A stretch of 64,000 bases of DNA from NCBI GenBank assembly GCA_027317865.1, contig DAHVQG010000012.1, positions 18,336 to 82,335 on the forward strand. Direction: 5' to 3'. Both the position numbers and the translations under genes were made by a program. Below, piece by piece: positions 48,487-58,733 of the stretch (the first letter of the stretch is position 1; each line of letters starts with the position of its first letter). The notes beneath the pieces were generated by a model. It had not been told where the DNA came from. It did no database searches and saw only the letters and a list, made by a program, of their open reading frames with translations. This stretch comes from Bdellovibrionales bacterium. GTDB lineage: Bacteria; Bdellovibrionota; Bdellovibrionia; Bdellovibrionales; UBA1609.

Positions 48487-50361
48487 TTAATGATAAAATC
48501 TTCGGATGGGTTTCAGCGCGCGCACGACAAGAGACACGTTGATATGCGGATGATGGATGGGTTTGTAGTGCTGTGTGACTTCCCGATAATTTCCGTCCGG
48601 GCTCATTAAAATGATTTTGTTTTTGAAGGTTTCTGAGATGGCATAATCATACTCGCGATCCATCAGAACCCATGGGATCTTCACGCCCGCAAATAAATCT
48701 TGCCCGCTCGAGTATTCTTTAATTGGTGTCGTCTTGCAGCCCAATACATGACGAAGAAATGTCGGAGGCAAATCGAAGTGCTGCGTACGGTAGGTGATTT
48801 TTTGCGGTTTGCGGCCCGGCCAATAAAGTACAAGCGGTATGTGCGTTTGCGCCGGAGAATAGTCCGAATTGTGGCCCCAAAAATCGAGATGATTATCGTT
48901 GAACTCCTGCGCGTGATCGGACGAAACAAGAATGATTGTATTTTTCATTAAACCCTGTTTGCGCATGTCCTTTAAAACTTTGCCAATCAGATGATCGACA
49001 AAAAATGCCGAATTTTTGTAACTATTAAACACCGGCGTTGGATTGGTGTTGATCGTGAGCGCCATATAATTTTTTGACGCCCAATCCGGCATAAACGGGT
49101 GCGGAAAATTTGGCGGCGAACTATAGCCGTGGGTTGAATCGTAAAACAGAAAACCAAAAAAAGGCCGCTTCTTACCGCGCGGGAGTTTGGCATTTTCGCC
49201 ACGCCATTTGGCGACAAATTTAATCCAGTCACGGGTGATTTCGCGATCACGATTGAACGCGCGGTGCGCTTTTGACATAAGTCGCAAATGCGGAACATCG
49301 AGAAACACGGTTTGATCGAATTGCGGCATGGTGAGCGGGGCGCTGCCGTATATCCCGAACTTATAACCTTCATTCGCAAATTCTTGCATCATCACCGGAC
49401 GCACGTGTTCGCTCATCGCATTTTTAAAGTATGTGCCCGGAATTCCGTAAAACATGGCAAACAAACCATATCGAGTGCAATTGCTGTTACTGTAATGATT
49501 TAGAAAATCCACCGATTTTTTACTTAAGTTGTAAACATGGGGCATGATTTTCTTTGTCACAACATCAGCCCGAAGCGCGTCGCTTAGAATCCACAAAACG
49601 TTGAATTTCTTTTTGGGCGCGACACATTTCAGCGGTTCAAGCGGATAACGAAAAAAGCCGTTATCCGTCGGCGTACTCATATCTTCACGCTTACGATACT
49701 CGGCCACGTTCAACAAATGATATTTAGCCAAAACCGTCTGGGCTTCGGCGCACGCCGAAAACGGCAAAACCGAATCAAGTCGCGTAATCGGCGAATAAAA
49801 CATGGCCGCGGCGTAAATATGAATGACATGCAGTGCAACCGTCGATACAAAATAAAAAATGACCAACTTACGGCCCCACTTGTGCGCCGTCAGCTGCGGA
49901 AGTTTACGCTCTATAAAAACAGCCCCGGCATATTCGACGGCCAAAATCACCGCCGCAACCGCCGCCAAAGAAACCCAGCTTTGCCATGAAAAATAAATGA
50001 CCTCGCCGTGCCCATGCAGGAGCATATCGAGAACCATTCCGTTCAAATGAAATCGATATTGCGCGTAAACAATGGTATCGACAAATAGGAGCAGAACGAT
50101 CCCCGCGAAAAGTACCGAACCCACTCCCTTATGCCAATTTGCTTTCGATAACAGCCAAAGCGGGAGCATGAACACAATAAAAATTATGAATGTCAGTCCG
50201 GCCAGTTGACCGTTCCAGTAGAAAAACGCAAAGACCCAGGCCCAAAGGCTTGACGGGTACATCCGCGTTTGCACGATGTACAAACAGGAGATGAGTTCGG
50301 CGAGAAAGACGTTAAATACACCGAACCAAAATAGCCATGGCCAAAATCGTTTTTGCGACAT
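48487..50361 (-). CDS. YejM/PbgA(LapC)-like membrane sulfatase-fold protein (DUF3413)
   Basis: 5 TM with DT.VY.QYRFHLNG; YPLEPL.C; DALRAD; GLFAMFYGIP; SDHAQEFND; WGHNS. Confidence 0.82.
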   Translation of the reverse strand: MSQKRFWPWLFWFGVFNVFLAELISCLYIVQTRMYPSSLWAWVFAFFYWNGQLAGLTFIIFIVFMLPLWLLSKANWHKGVGSVLFAGIVLLLFVDTIVYAQYRFHLNGMVLDMLLHGHGEVIYFSWQSWVSLAAVAAVILAVEYAGAVFIERKLPQLTAHKWGRKLVIFYFVSTVALHVIHIYAAAMFYSPITRLDSVLPFSACAEAQTVLAKYHLLNVAEYRKREDMSTPTDNGFFRYPLEPLKCVAPKKKFNVLWILSDALRADVVTKKIMPHVYNLSKKSVDFLNHYSNSNCTRYGLFAMFYGIPGTYFKNAMSEHVRPVMMQEFANEGYKFGIYGSAPLTMPQFDQTVFLDVPHLRLMSKAHRAFNRDREITRDWIKFVAKWRGENAKLPRGKKRPFFGFLFYDSTHGYSSPPNFPHPFMPDWASKNYMALTINTNPTPVFNSYKNSAFFVDHLIGKVLKDMRKQGLMKNTIILVSSDHAQEFNDNHLDFWGHNSDYSPAQTHIPLVLYWPGRKPQKITYRTQHFDLPPTFLRHVLGCKTTPIKEYSSGQDLFAGVKIPWVLMDREYDYAISETFKNKIILMSPDGNYREVTQHYKPIHHPHINVSLVVRALKPIRRFYH

Positions 50362-50429
50362 AAACTACAGGTTTAACAATGAGCGCAACAAGAGGCAAGT
50401 AGATCGGTCAGCACTGAGGTAACCACGCA

Positions 50430-51407
50430 ATGAGTCTACACGTTCATCTTTGGGGAATACGTGGATCTTTACCTACTCCACTGACCCCGCAGCAAATCGA
50501 AGACAAGATTGTTTTAGCCCTTCGGTCTTACGAAAAAGACAGGGCGCAGATTAAAGATATCGGCTCGTTTGTGAAATCGTTGCCGAAAAATATCGGCGCC
50601 GGCTACGGCGGACACACATCGTGCATCGAAGTGAGTACGCCAAAGGCGCGATTAATCGTCGACGGCGGTAGCGGTATTCGGGGCCTCGGCGAAAAATTAA
50701 TGCTCGAAGCCTGTGGCGCGGGCCGCGGGATCGTCCACATTTTGATGACCCATTTTCACTGGGATCACCTGATTGGTCTGCCTTTTTTCACGCCTATATT
50801 TGTGCCCGGTAACCAAATTCACTTTTACGGCGTTCAGCCTGATCTTGAAGACAATATTCGCCGCACATTTTGCAAACCGAACTTTCCGGTGCCGTTTGAA
50901 AACTTACCCGCAAGCATTCATTTTCACACGCTCAACCCGCGCCAACCGCAGATGTTTGATGATGTCAAAGTGACCCCCTACCAGCTTGACCATCCCGATC
51001 CCTGTTGGGGTTACAGGTTCGAGCATGGCGGCAAGGCGCTCGCTTATTGCGTCGATACCGAATGTCTGCGCGTCAGTCGCGAATCGATGGGAGCAGACCT
51101 TGCGCTTTACCAAAACCTCGATTTGATGATTTTTGATGCTCAATACACTTTTCTCGAAGCGTCGGAGAGAATCAACTGGGGTCACGCCTCGGGCCCAATC
51201 GGCATCGATGTCGCTCTTCGCGAGAAAGTAAAAAAAGTATTGTTCGTTCATCACGACCCGGCCGCACCGGACTCGAAAATTATGGAGGCCGAACGGCAAA
51301 CCCGCGAATACTACGAGTCGACGTTAGCCGCCGCGCACGCAAAAGGCGAACCGCTCCACGCTCTTGAGTGGGAATTCGCCCGCGAAGGCATGTCCATATT
51401 GGTTTAG
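50430..51407 (+). CDS. MBL-fold metallo-hydrolase
   Basis: WG.RGSLP, YGGHTSC, THFHWDH, DAQY, WGH, HHDP. Confidence 0.9.
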   Translation: MSLHVHLWGIRGSLPTPLTPQQIEDKIVLALRSYEKDRAQIKDIGSFVKSLPKNIGAGYGGHTSCIEVSTPKARLIVDGGSGIRGLGEKLMLEACGAGRGIVHILMTHFHWDHLIGLPFFTPIFVPGNQIHFYGVQPDLEDNIRRTFCKPNFPVPFENLPASIHFHTLNPRQPQMFDDVKVTPYQLDHPDPCWGYRFEHGGKALAYCVDTECLRVSRESMGADLALYQNLDLMIFDAQYTFLEASERINWGHASGPIGIDVALREKVKKVLFVHHDPAAPDSKIMEAERQTREYYESTLAAAHAKGEPLHALEWEFAREGMSILV

Positions 51408-51459
51408 TTACGCGGGACGAGCGGATATCTCTTAGTCATATCGAATTTTTCAGTTAATT

Positions 51460-52326
51460 TCACGCTGAGTGCGTACGCCAGACGCGCTCAATTTGATCAA
51501 TTAATTGCGGCATTTCTCTAAGCGCAATCGAGGTCGGCCCTTCGCATAGCGCTTCATCGGGGTTTGGGTGGGTTTCGATGAAAATTCCATCAACCCCCAC
51601 AGCCATCGCCGCACGCGCCAGAGCCGGCGCCATATCACGGCGGCCACCGCTTTGCGCTTCGCCTGTTTTACTGTGATGTGTTCCGGGCAATTGCGTAGAA
51701 TGAGTCACGTCCATAATCACCGGCTGCCCGGTCGCGCGCATTTCAATGAGCGCCGTCATATCGTTGATTAACCGATGATAACCAAAACTTGTTCCCCGCT
51801 CGCACAGTAGAACTTTGCGGTTACCGGCTGACGCCGCTTTTTTCACAATCGACGCCATGTCTTCGGGAGCAAGAAATTGGCCCTTTTTGACGTTCATCAC
51901 TTTGCCGGTTTTCGCGACTGCCACGATCAAATCGGTCTGTCGGCACAAAAATGCCGGGATTTGCAAAACATCGGCAACCTCGGCGACCGCTTCAACTTGA
52001 ACGGTTTCGTGCACATCGGTGAGAATCGGGCAACCGACTTTGCTTTTAATGCGGGCAAATGACTCCAGCGCTTTTTTCATCCCAGGCCCGCGATAACTGT
52101 CGAGACTTTGCCGGTTGGCTTTATCAAACGAACATTTCAAAATCCACGGCACGCCTTTTTCTGACGTGATGCGCTTGAGTTCTTGCGCCACTTCGATGAC
52201 CATCCCCTCGTCTTCGATGATGTTGGGGCCAGAGAACAAAACCCAGTTCTTTCGATCGCCCCACGTGTACGTGCGGCCCTGAAAGTCGAGCGTAACCGTT
52301 TGCGGGAGCGGCTTAAAATCTGTCAT
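51460..52326 (-). CDS. kdsA: KDO8P synthase
   Basis: SFDKANR, LTDVHE, QIPAFLCRQTDL, KKGQFLAP, ERGTSFGY, DVTHS. Confidence 0.95.
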   Translation of the reverse strand: MTDFKPLPQTVTLDFQGRTYTWGDRKNWVLFSGPNIIEDEGMVIEVAQELKRITSEKGVPWILKCSFDKANRQSLDSYRGPGMKKALESFARIKSKVGCPILTDVHETVQVEAVAEVADVLQIPAFLCRQTDLIVAVAKTGKVMNVKKGQFLAPEDMASIVKKAASAGNRKVLLCERGTSFGYHRLINDMTALIEMRATGQPVIMDVTHSTQLPGTHHSKTGEAQSGGRRDMAPALARAAMAVGVDGIFIETHPNPDEALCEGPTSIALREMPQLIDQIERVWRTHSA

Positions 52327-52402
52327 GGCTTACATTCTCCGTCATAGTTTGAAATCTTCGTCATGATTTGAATTCTGCGCGAAATGGCACTACTTTATCA
52401 TC

Positions 52403-52957
52403 ATGACTGCGGAACAAGTCAAATTTTTGTTAACTCAGAAACATCGCGAACAGCTTAAACGAATCAAATGCCTCGCATTTGACGTCGATGGCGTACTGAC
52501 CGATGGCGGCGTTTATTTCGCCGGTAGCGGTGCGGCCGACGACGGCACCCATACTGAATGGCGGCGCGTTTTTAACATACGCGATGGTTTAGGGATCATC
52601 CGACTTCATGAAAAAGGCTACAAAACCGCTTTTATTACTTTAAGCCGAGCAACGGACATTCGCATGCGCGCTGAAAATCTCAAAATTCATTACTTTTTTG
52701 ACTTCGCCCGCGACAAAGCCGCATGTTTCGATTTGCTACTTGAACGCGGCGGTTTTCGCGCCGACGAAGTGGCATTTATCGGCGACGACATTATCGACCT
52801 GCCGGTTTTTGCTAAATGTGGACTGTCGGCTGCGCCGGCGGATGCTCATCCCGAAGTTTTAGAAGCCGCGCAAATGATCATGCCTTCGCGCGGAGGTCAC
52901 GGAGCCGCTCGCGAACTTTGCGATTTGATTTTACGTTATGGAGCTTACGCATTGTGA
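52403..52957 (+). CDS. kdsC: KDO8P phosphatase (HAD)
   Basis: FDVDGVLTDG, FNIRDGLG, IGDDIID, GGHGAARE. Confidence 0.93.
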   Translation: MTAEQVKFLLTQKHREQLKRIKCLAFDVDGVLTDGGVYFAGSGAADDGTHTEWRRVFNIRDGLGIIRLHEKGYKTAFITLSRATDIRMRAENLKIHYFFDFARDKAACFDLLLERGGFRADEVAFIGDDIIDLPVFAKCGLSAAPADAHPEVLEAAQMIMPSRGGHGAARELCDLILRYGAYAL

Positions 52958-54045
52958 CCAGGTCGACGGCTATGAACGACAAACGCCTTTTTACTAAGCC
53001 AATCGTTGGGCTTTGCTGTTTGCGCAGTCTTCATTATTTTATCGAATATCAAACGTTGCTTGCATTAAGCGCACTTTGGTCGCGCAACTTATCACGCTCC
53101 AAACGGTACACGCTCGAAAGCTTACGGCGCCTGCAGCGCGAAGTGGTGGCGCTATTTGAAACCGACGTACAAAATATTTTGAACAGCGACTTGCCACCGC
53201 GGCTACTTTGGACCGAATCTCCGCTTTTACACCTGAAACGGGTACCGAAAATTGTGCGCGACGGTCTACACCTCAGTACCCGGCGCAAAAAGCACGAGAC
53301 CCATGAATTTAACGACGAAGCCGAACAACACTTAAATGAAGTCCCCGAATATTACCGACGTAATTTTCATTTTCAAACGGACGGGTACTTGAGCGAACAC
53401 AGTGCAGAAATCTATGATCATCAGGTTGAGCTGCTTTTTGCCGGGGCGGCCGATGCCATGAGACGAATTATCTTACCGGACTTAAACGCGGCAATAGATA
53501 AACAAACGAAACTGAAATTTCTTGAGCTTGGTTGTGGCACCGGTTCGATGACCAAGAATATCCGCCTGGCATTTTCAAACGCGCATATTGTCGCGACTGA
53601 TTTGAGCGAGCCGTATCTCGAAGTGGCGCGACGGCGGCTCAAAAATTTGCCACGCTCTACAGCTATCGAATTTCAAAGGGCCGACGCCGCTCATTTGCCT
53701 TATGAAGATTCAAGTTATGATATGGTCTATTCCGTATTTCTGTTTCACGAATTGCCTCGCGATGTGCGCATGCAAGCCCTTCGCGAAGCTCATCGCGTTT
53801 TAAAACCCGGTGGAATTTTTGCGTACGTTGATTCATTACAGCTCGGCGACAAACCCGATTTCGACGATGTCCTAAAAAATTTTCCACGTGATTTTCACGA
53901 ACCGTTTTATCGCGACTATATCGAAACACCCGTGCAATCTTTAGCTGCTTCGGCCGGTTTTCGTCACTTCTCCACCCGGCACGGCTTTCTTGCTAAAGGC
54001 GAAGTGTTTCGTAAAAACTTCAACTCACAAGACTCTAACGGTTAA
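52954..54045 (+). CDS. Class I SAM-dependent methyltransferase
   Basis: PEYYRRNFHFQTDGYLS, LELGCGTG, FLFHELP, RVLKPGG; start at GTG 52954 or ATG 52972. Confidence 0.88.
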   Translation: MTRSTAMNDKRLFTKPIVGLCCLRSLHYFIEYQTLLALSALWSRNLSRSKRYTLESLRRLQREVVALFETDVQNILNSDLPPRLLWTESPLLHLKRVPKIVRDGLHLSTRRKKHETHEFNDEAEQHLNEVPEYYRRNFHFQTDGYLSEHSAEIYDHQVELLFAGAADAMRRIILPDLNAAIDKQTKLKFLELGCGTGSMTKNIRLAFSNAHIVATDLSEPYLEVARRRLKNLPRSTAIEFQRADAAHLPYEDSSYDMVYSVFLFHELPRDVRMQALREAHRVLKPGGIFAYVDSLQLGDKPDFDDVLKNFPRDFHEPFYRDYIETPVQSLAASAGFRHFSTRHGFLAKGEVFRKNFNSQDSNG

Positions 54046-54129
54046 ACTATTCCCTTGTTTTCACTTTTCAGCTATTAAATCTACGCAAAAGAAGCTTTCA
54101 GGCGTTTCACTGCGCCGAAAGGGGTAAAT

Positions 54130-54675
54130 ATGAGAGCCTTACTTACCGGTCTTGGCCTTTGCATTTTCACGCTGATGACACCTTCGTTAAGAGCCGTTCA
54201 GATTCAAAATCATCAAGGCGAAATTATTGTGGCCGAAACTGACGAACCAACGCCCAGTTGCGCGATCGCCTCGTCAGATATGGAAGACGGCATCGACCCC
54301 TGCCAAACTTATGTCTCAGAACCAACCGACCCGGGTTACTACCCCCCTTGCCCCTGGTGCTGGCAGTATCATCGCTTTCCGTACTTCAAACTTAGCCCGG
54401 CGGAGCGTGCCGCCCTGGCAAAGCAAGATCGAATTCGCGCAAAATGCCAAGATCATTTGTACACGGAAATTGCAAAACGGGCGCAAAAAGATTTTCCGGG
54501 CAAAAAGCTCTATATTTATAAACCCGGCGGTCTAGACTCGTGGCCCGAAACCGGCAAAACACCCGTATTCGACGTCATTATGGACGCGAACCCAAGCAAC
54601 TGGCACATGCTCGGCAAATACGGTTTTATGATAAATAATAATTGTTCAATCGTCGGTAAAATCCGAAAATACTAA
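54130..54675 (+). CDS. Hypothetical secreted Cys-containing protein
   Basis: Signal peptide; 181 aa. Confidence 0.65.
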   Translation: MRALLTGLGLCIFTLMTPSLRAVQIQNHQGEIIVAETDEPTPSCAIASSDMEDGIDPCQTYVSEPTDPGYYPPCPWCWQYHRFPYFKLSPAERAALAKQDRIRAKCQDHLYTEIAKRAQKDFPGKKLYIYKPGGLDSWPETGKTPVFDVIMDANPSNWHMLGKYGFMINNNCSIVGKIRKY

Positions 54676-54698
54676 CGCGCTTAGTGACGTGCGGTGGT

Positions 54699-55205
54699 TT
54701 ATCGGTCGCGCAAAACGTGACAAACGGCACCGTTATTTCGATCAAAGTATTTTTGGTGATAGGTTTCGGCTTCAAAAAACGGACCGGCCGCTACAATTAC
54801 TGTGGCCGCCTTCTTTTTAAATACTCCTGATGCATCAAATCTCGTTTTTGACGCTTCGGCTTCAGCACGCTGTTCAGGCGTATGATAAAAAATCGCGGAT
54901 CGATATTGTGTCCCGACATCTACGCCTTGCCGATCGACCTGTGTCGGATCATGCAGCCGCCAGAAATAATCGAGAAGTTCTGCGTAGCTCACTCGCTCAG
55001 AATCGAATTCGATTTCAACCGCTTCGGCGTGCCCTGTTTTACCCGTGCAAACCTGTTCATAAGTTACGTTTTGAGTGTCGCCCTCGTTGAAGCCGCCGGT
55101 GTAACCGACGCGCGTGCGAATGACCCCCGGGGTGCGATCGAGAATGTGTTGCACTCCCCAAAAACAACCGGCTGCGAATGTGGCCTTTTGAACGTTCATT
55201 GGCAC
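54699..55205 (-). CDS. msrA: Peptide-methionine (S)-S-oxide reductase
   Basis: AGCFWG, GYTGG, TGHAE, QYRSAIF, AE.YHQKY. Confidence 0.96.
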   Translation of the reverse strand: MPMNVQKATFAAGCFWGVQHILDRTPGVIRTRVGYTGGFNEGDTQNVTYEQVCTGKTGHAEAVEIEFDSERVSYAELLDYFWRLHDPTQVDRQGVDVGTQYRSAIFYHTPEQRAEAEASKTRFDASGVFKKKAATVIVAAGPFFEAETYHQKYFDRNNGAVCHVLRDR

Positions 55206-55217
55206 GCCCTCATTTTT

Positions 55218-55778
55218 TTATTTATTGCTCTCGGCGGTGGCCTGTTTGTCGTGCTCAAACAATTTCAAATATTCGCCGTAGCCTTCTTTAGCCATGTCGT
55301 CTTTCGGTATAAATCGCAACGCCGCCGAATTGATACAGTAGCGCTTATGGGTTGGCCCCGGACCATCATCAAACACGTGGCCAAGATGATCGCCACTTAA
55401 GTTCGAGTGCACTTCGGTGCGCGTCACTAAAAGTTTGTGATCGGGCTTCGTACCGATAAATTTGCTATTGATCGGTTTTGTAAAACTCGGCCAGCCGCAG
55501 CCCGAGTCATATTTATCTGTTGAACTAAAAAGCGGTTCACCACTCACGATGTCGACGTAAATGCCTTGCCGGTGATTGTTCCAGTAGGCGTTCTTAAACG
55601 GTGGCTCGGTGGCCCCTTCTTGCGTCACTTTGTATTCTTCAGGAGTTAATTCTTTCTTCAGCTCCGTTTCGGACGGTTTTTTGAAATCTTTGGTGTTCCA
55701 TGCCATGGCCACACTCCCTCCAACAAAAAAGGCGCCAAACAAAATCGACGCAAAGTAGATTTGCCAATTAAATCTCAT
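55218..55778 (-). CDS. msrB: Peptide-methionine (R)-S-oxide reductase with signal peptide
   Basis: [28 protein letters not shown]-terminal hydrophobic signal. Confidence 0.96.
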   Translation of the reverse strand: MRFNWQIYFASILFGAFFVGGSVAMAWNTKDFKKPSETELKKELTPEEYKVTQEGATEPPFKNAYWNNHRQGIYVDIVSGEPLFSSTDKYDSGCGWPSFTKPINSKFIGTKPDHKLLVTRTEVHSNLSGDHLGHVFDDGPGPTHKRYCINSAALRFIPKDDMAKEGYGEYLKLFEHDKQATAESNK

Positions 55779-55817
55779 AAAAGAGTAATACCTTTTTTGC
55801 GGGAGCTATTTCAATAA

Positions 55818-56618
55818 CTAATGCACATTCACGCGGCGGACAAACCCACCACGTAACGGGCTGCCGCCTTTTGTTTTCTGGTAAGTTCGCGCGATTCGCG
55901 CCGTTCGAAAATGACCGACTAGAACGCGATGCCATACCTGGCCGTTTACACGACCGGTGGCAACGGCAACTTCAATACCCTTTAACCCGAGTTTTGCGAC
56001 TTTCTTTTGCGCCGCCGATTTCGTCGCGTAAGCGGCGATTTGTATGGCGTAATAATGGTCGCGCGGCGCCGCCTTTTTCGCCGAAACGGCATGCGCTTCA
56101 ACCGCTTTAACCAATGGCACTAACCGGATTTTTGGAGCGGCCACAACCGGCTTTGTTTCAGTTGCCGAAGGTTCTCGGCGAATCGGATTATTTTGTGGCG
56201 CATACGTCTCGTTAAAGCTTGGGCGCTTGAGAAGATTAATTACGACAGCAAACGGCTCGTTGAATTTTTTCGAAATTTTATTTTTATATTCTTCGGCAAC
56301 CGACCGCTTTTTAAATTGCCCTACGGCAACTTTGTACCAAACCTGGCCCTCCATAAATGTCGGGAAGTACCGCACGTCTTTCACGTGTTTCGCGCGCAAC
56401 TCCGCAACATGGCTAATGGCATCGTCTTCATTTAAATAAGATGCGATTTGAATCGTGTACGGACGCTTTTGAATCTCTTTCTGATTCAATCCGCCTTCGT
56501 TGGCTTCGGCTTTTGCCACCATAAAGGAATTCAACACGTGGCTTATCGTCACATCCGCCCGTGCAGGTAAAAAACTCGGCGTAAACATAATAACGACAAC
56601 AATTAAAAGCTTTTTCAT
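55818..56618 (-). CDS. Double SPOR-domain peptidoglycan-binding protein
   Basis: YTIQIASY...WYKVAVGQF and YAIQIAAY...WHRVLVGHF; signal peptide. Confidence 0.85.
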   Translation of the reverse strand: MKKLLIVVVIMFTPSFLPARADVTISHVLNSFMVAKAEANEGGLNQKEIQKRPYTIQIASYLNEDDAISHVAELRAKHVKDVRYFPTFMEGQVWYKVAVGQFKKRSVAEEYKNKISKKFNEPFAVVINLLKRPSFNETYAPQNNPIRREPSATETKPVVAAPKIRLVPLVKAVEAHAVSAKKAAPRDHYYAIQIAAYATKSAAQKKVAKLGLKGIEVAVATGRVNGQVWHRVLVGHFRTARIARTYQKTKGGSPLRGGFVRRVNVH

Positions 56619-56651
56619 TGACGGCCCCCGCTTCGTTGCTATCACCATGTT

Positions 56652-56678
56652 TTATCGGTGATTTTCAACAAAAGTTGA
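56652..56678 (-). promoter_or_regulatory. sigma28-type promoter
   Basis: Minus strand TCAA-N15-ACCGATAA. Confidence 0.6.
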
Positions 56679-56696
56679 GCCCGACGTTAGCCCTGT

Positions 56697-57524
56697 TTAC
56701 CCGCCAAGATCGCGTCGCAAAGATGGCGGGCGCAAGCCCCAGTGCCATTCGAGTGACGTGTCCGCATCGACGCCGACAATCGCGCGTTTACCGTCGGCCG
56801 ACCAAACCACTTGCCCGACGGGCAAATCTCTCACGCTTTTGAGGAGCAAAAGAGAACTCGACCCAACCCGTTTAACAGTCAGCTCGTCGGCCGGGTAATT
56901 CGGCACGCTTTCATATCGTTCGACATCGGACCAATAGGCGTACGCATTTTTTGCACCTCGATAATTCCTATTTAGTACATACCGATAGAGCTCATTGTAA
57001 ATTTGAACGAGTGTTAAACCACTGCGCCAGAATTTGGAGTTGCCACCATGTTTTATAAATTGCTCATAGGCATCGCCGAGCCCCACACGCTCCCACAATT
57101 TATGAAACGCGATTGAGCCTAAACCGCCTGCTTCTCGCATTGTTCGCCGAAAAAGTGTGCGGCTAGCGCTATCGTGTGCACCATTCGTACCGAGAGCGAC
57201 CGAAAACGGAAAATGTACGGCTTGGTGAATATAACGCCGCAATTGCATCGAAGCTTCTTGTGCTGCCTCAACGGTTGAAAACGGGCCAAACAAATCGGGC
57301 AAAATATACCTTAATAGCTGAAGCGCCTCATCATCAGCCGGGTCCGCAAGACGGGGAATTTTCACGTCGAATTGTTTTACTGTTGCTCCTGAAACAACCT
57401 GTGGACAGGTTTCAAATTTGGTTGCCGCGCGCGCCTGTAAACAAAATGCCATTGTGACAAAAATAGTCACATTCCATACCAAATTTCGCTTCCCGTTAGC
57501 CCTTCCGATAGACTGATTATTCAT
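56697..57524 (-). CDS. Hypothetical secreted protein
   Basis: AAAGG RBS before ATG 57524; signal peptide ending ARA. Confidence 0.65.
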   Translation of the reverse strand: MNNQSIGRANGKRNLVWNVTIFVTMAFCLQARAATKFETCPQVVSGATVKQFDVKIPRLADPADDEALQLLRYILPDLFGPFSTVEAAQEASMQLRRYIHQAVHFPFSVALGTNGAHDSASRTLFRRTMREAGGLGSIAFHKLWERVGLGDAYEQFIKHGGNSKFWRSGLTLVQIYNELYRYVLNRNYRGAKNAYAYWSDVERYESVPNYPADELTVKRVGSSSLLLLKSVRDLPVGQVVWSADGKRAIVGVDADTSLEWHWGLRPPSLRRDLGG

Positions 57525-57568
57525 TTGATATACCTTTACTATCGATCCCAATTTTAATTGTTGAATTA

Positions 57569-57584
57569 TGCAAATTGTTCGCCA
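57569..57584 (-). promoter_or_regulatory. sigma54-type promoter
   Basis: Minus strand TGGCGAACAATTTGCA. Confidence 0.65.
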
Positions 57585-57616
57585 GATCGTTTAATGAATT
57601 CTGAATCTCGTCTTGA

Positions 57617-58714
57617 TTAAGAGCTGCGATTCTTACTCCAATTAAAAAGGACCGCAGTGGCGCGCCGTTTGGCGTAACTTGAGAAGTTAATTACACCCGA
57701 TTGAACTTCAAACTCAAGTTCACATTGCGTGCAAATGGCATCGTGATCTTCAAATAATTGGATGGCGGAGTGGCAATTCGGGCAACACACAATATCGAGA
57801 ATATCTTTCACCGGTTGAATTTCGCGTTTTTGATGAACGTCCGCCGGTCGCGCCCACACTTGAATCTCACCGAAAGGTAACCGAAGGCGAATGTCTTTGA
57901 CGCCCATCCACCGGCATATCCAGAGCAAGCTGCGTGCAATCCATTTGAAACCTGAGCGACTATGGTGCTCAAATCGCAAAAGCAAATCGTGCAGGCGAAA
58001 ATGTACCGGCGCGGATTTGAATTTAATTACCTCAAATCCGGATTGTTCGAGCATCGACTTCAAAGTTTCGGGCGTAAAATAAAGATAACTACTATCAGGT
58101 TCAATGTGATACCAACGCCGCCCGAGAATGCGCGCCGATAAACTCTGAAAGTTCGGAGTGACGACGTGAAGTATTCCACCGCTCCACAATGCTTTGCGAA
58201 TTTCTTTTAGCAGCCCTTTGGGGTGACTGACATGCGAAATCACATCGAACAACGTGACGAGATCAAAACGCGACGACTGCACCGGAATTTTTTCAGGTGC
58301 ACAAATGAAACCGTTAAGGCCGAATTGCTCTCGCGCTTGCAACACGGCGTATTCCGAAACATCGGTCACGTAGACATCCCAACCGCGACGCCGTGCCGAT
58401 TCACCCAAATGTCCGAGTGCGCAACCCACGTCGAGAAGCCGCCCCACACGCCCACCCAAAATTTTTTCCGATTCTTCAAGTCTTTGCGTAAATGTTTTGA
58501 GGTGATTTGAAAATTCGGAACGGTACAAATGATAAAGACCGTTCGGGTTGGGCGCGAGATAGTCGCGCTTATACACAACCGTGAACTCGGGTGCGGGTGT
58601 GGGCACGTACACCATCCCGCAATGTTCGCACTCGACAATGTCTTGATTTTTGAAAGCGTGAAGACGTCGCGAGTTTGGACTTTCGCATAGTGGACATTCA
58701 AGGCCCGTTCGCAT
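57617..58714 (-). CDS. SAM-dependent methyltransferase with N-terminal Zn ribbon and C-terminal Trm112-like domain (start ATG 58714)
   Basis: CPLC..CEHC; LLDVGCALG; C-terminal LDIVCCPNC...CTQC...V.SGVINF. Confidence 0.82.
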   Translation of the reverse strand: MRTGLECPLCESPNSRRLHAFKNQDIVECEHCGMVYVPTPAPEFTVVYKRDYLAPNPNGLYHLYRSEFSNHLKTFTQRLEESEKILGGRVGRLLDVGCALGHLGESARRRGWDVYVTDVSEYAVLQAREQFGLNGFICAPEKIPVQSSRFDLVTLFDVISHVSHPKGLLKEIRKALWSGGILHVVTPNFQSLSARILGRRWYHIEPDSSYLYFTPETLKSMLEQSGFEVIKFKSAPVHFRLHDLLLRFEHHSRSGFKWIARSLLWICRWMGVKDIRLRLPFGEIQVWARPADVHQKREIQPVKDILDIVCCPNCHSAIQLFEDHDAICTQCELEFEVQSGVINFSSYAKRRATAVLFNWSKNRSS

Positions 58715-58733
58715 ACGATGCGTTTCGGAGTTT

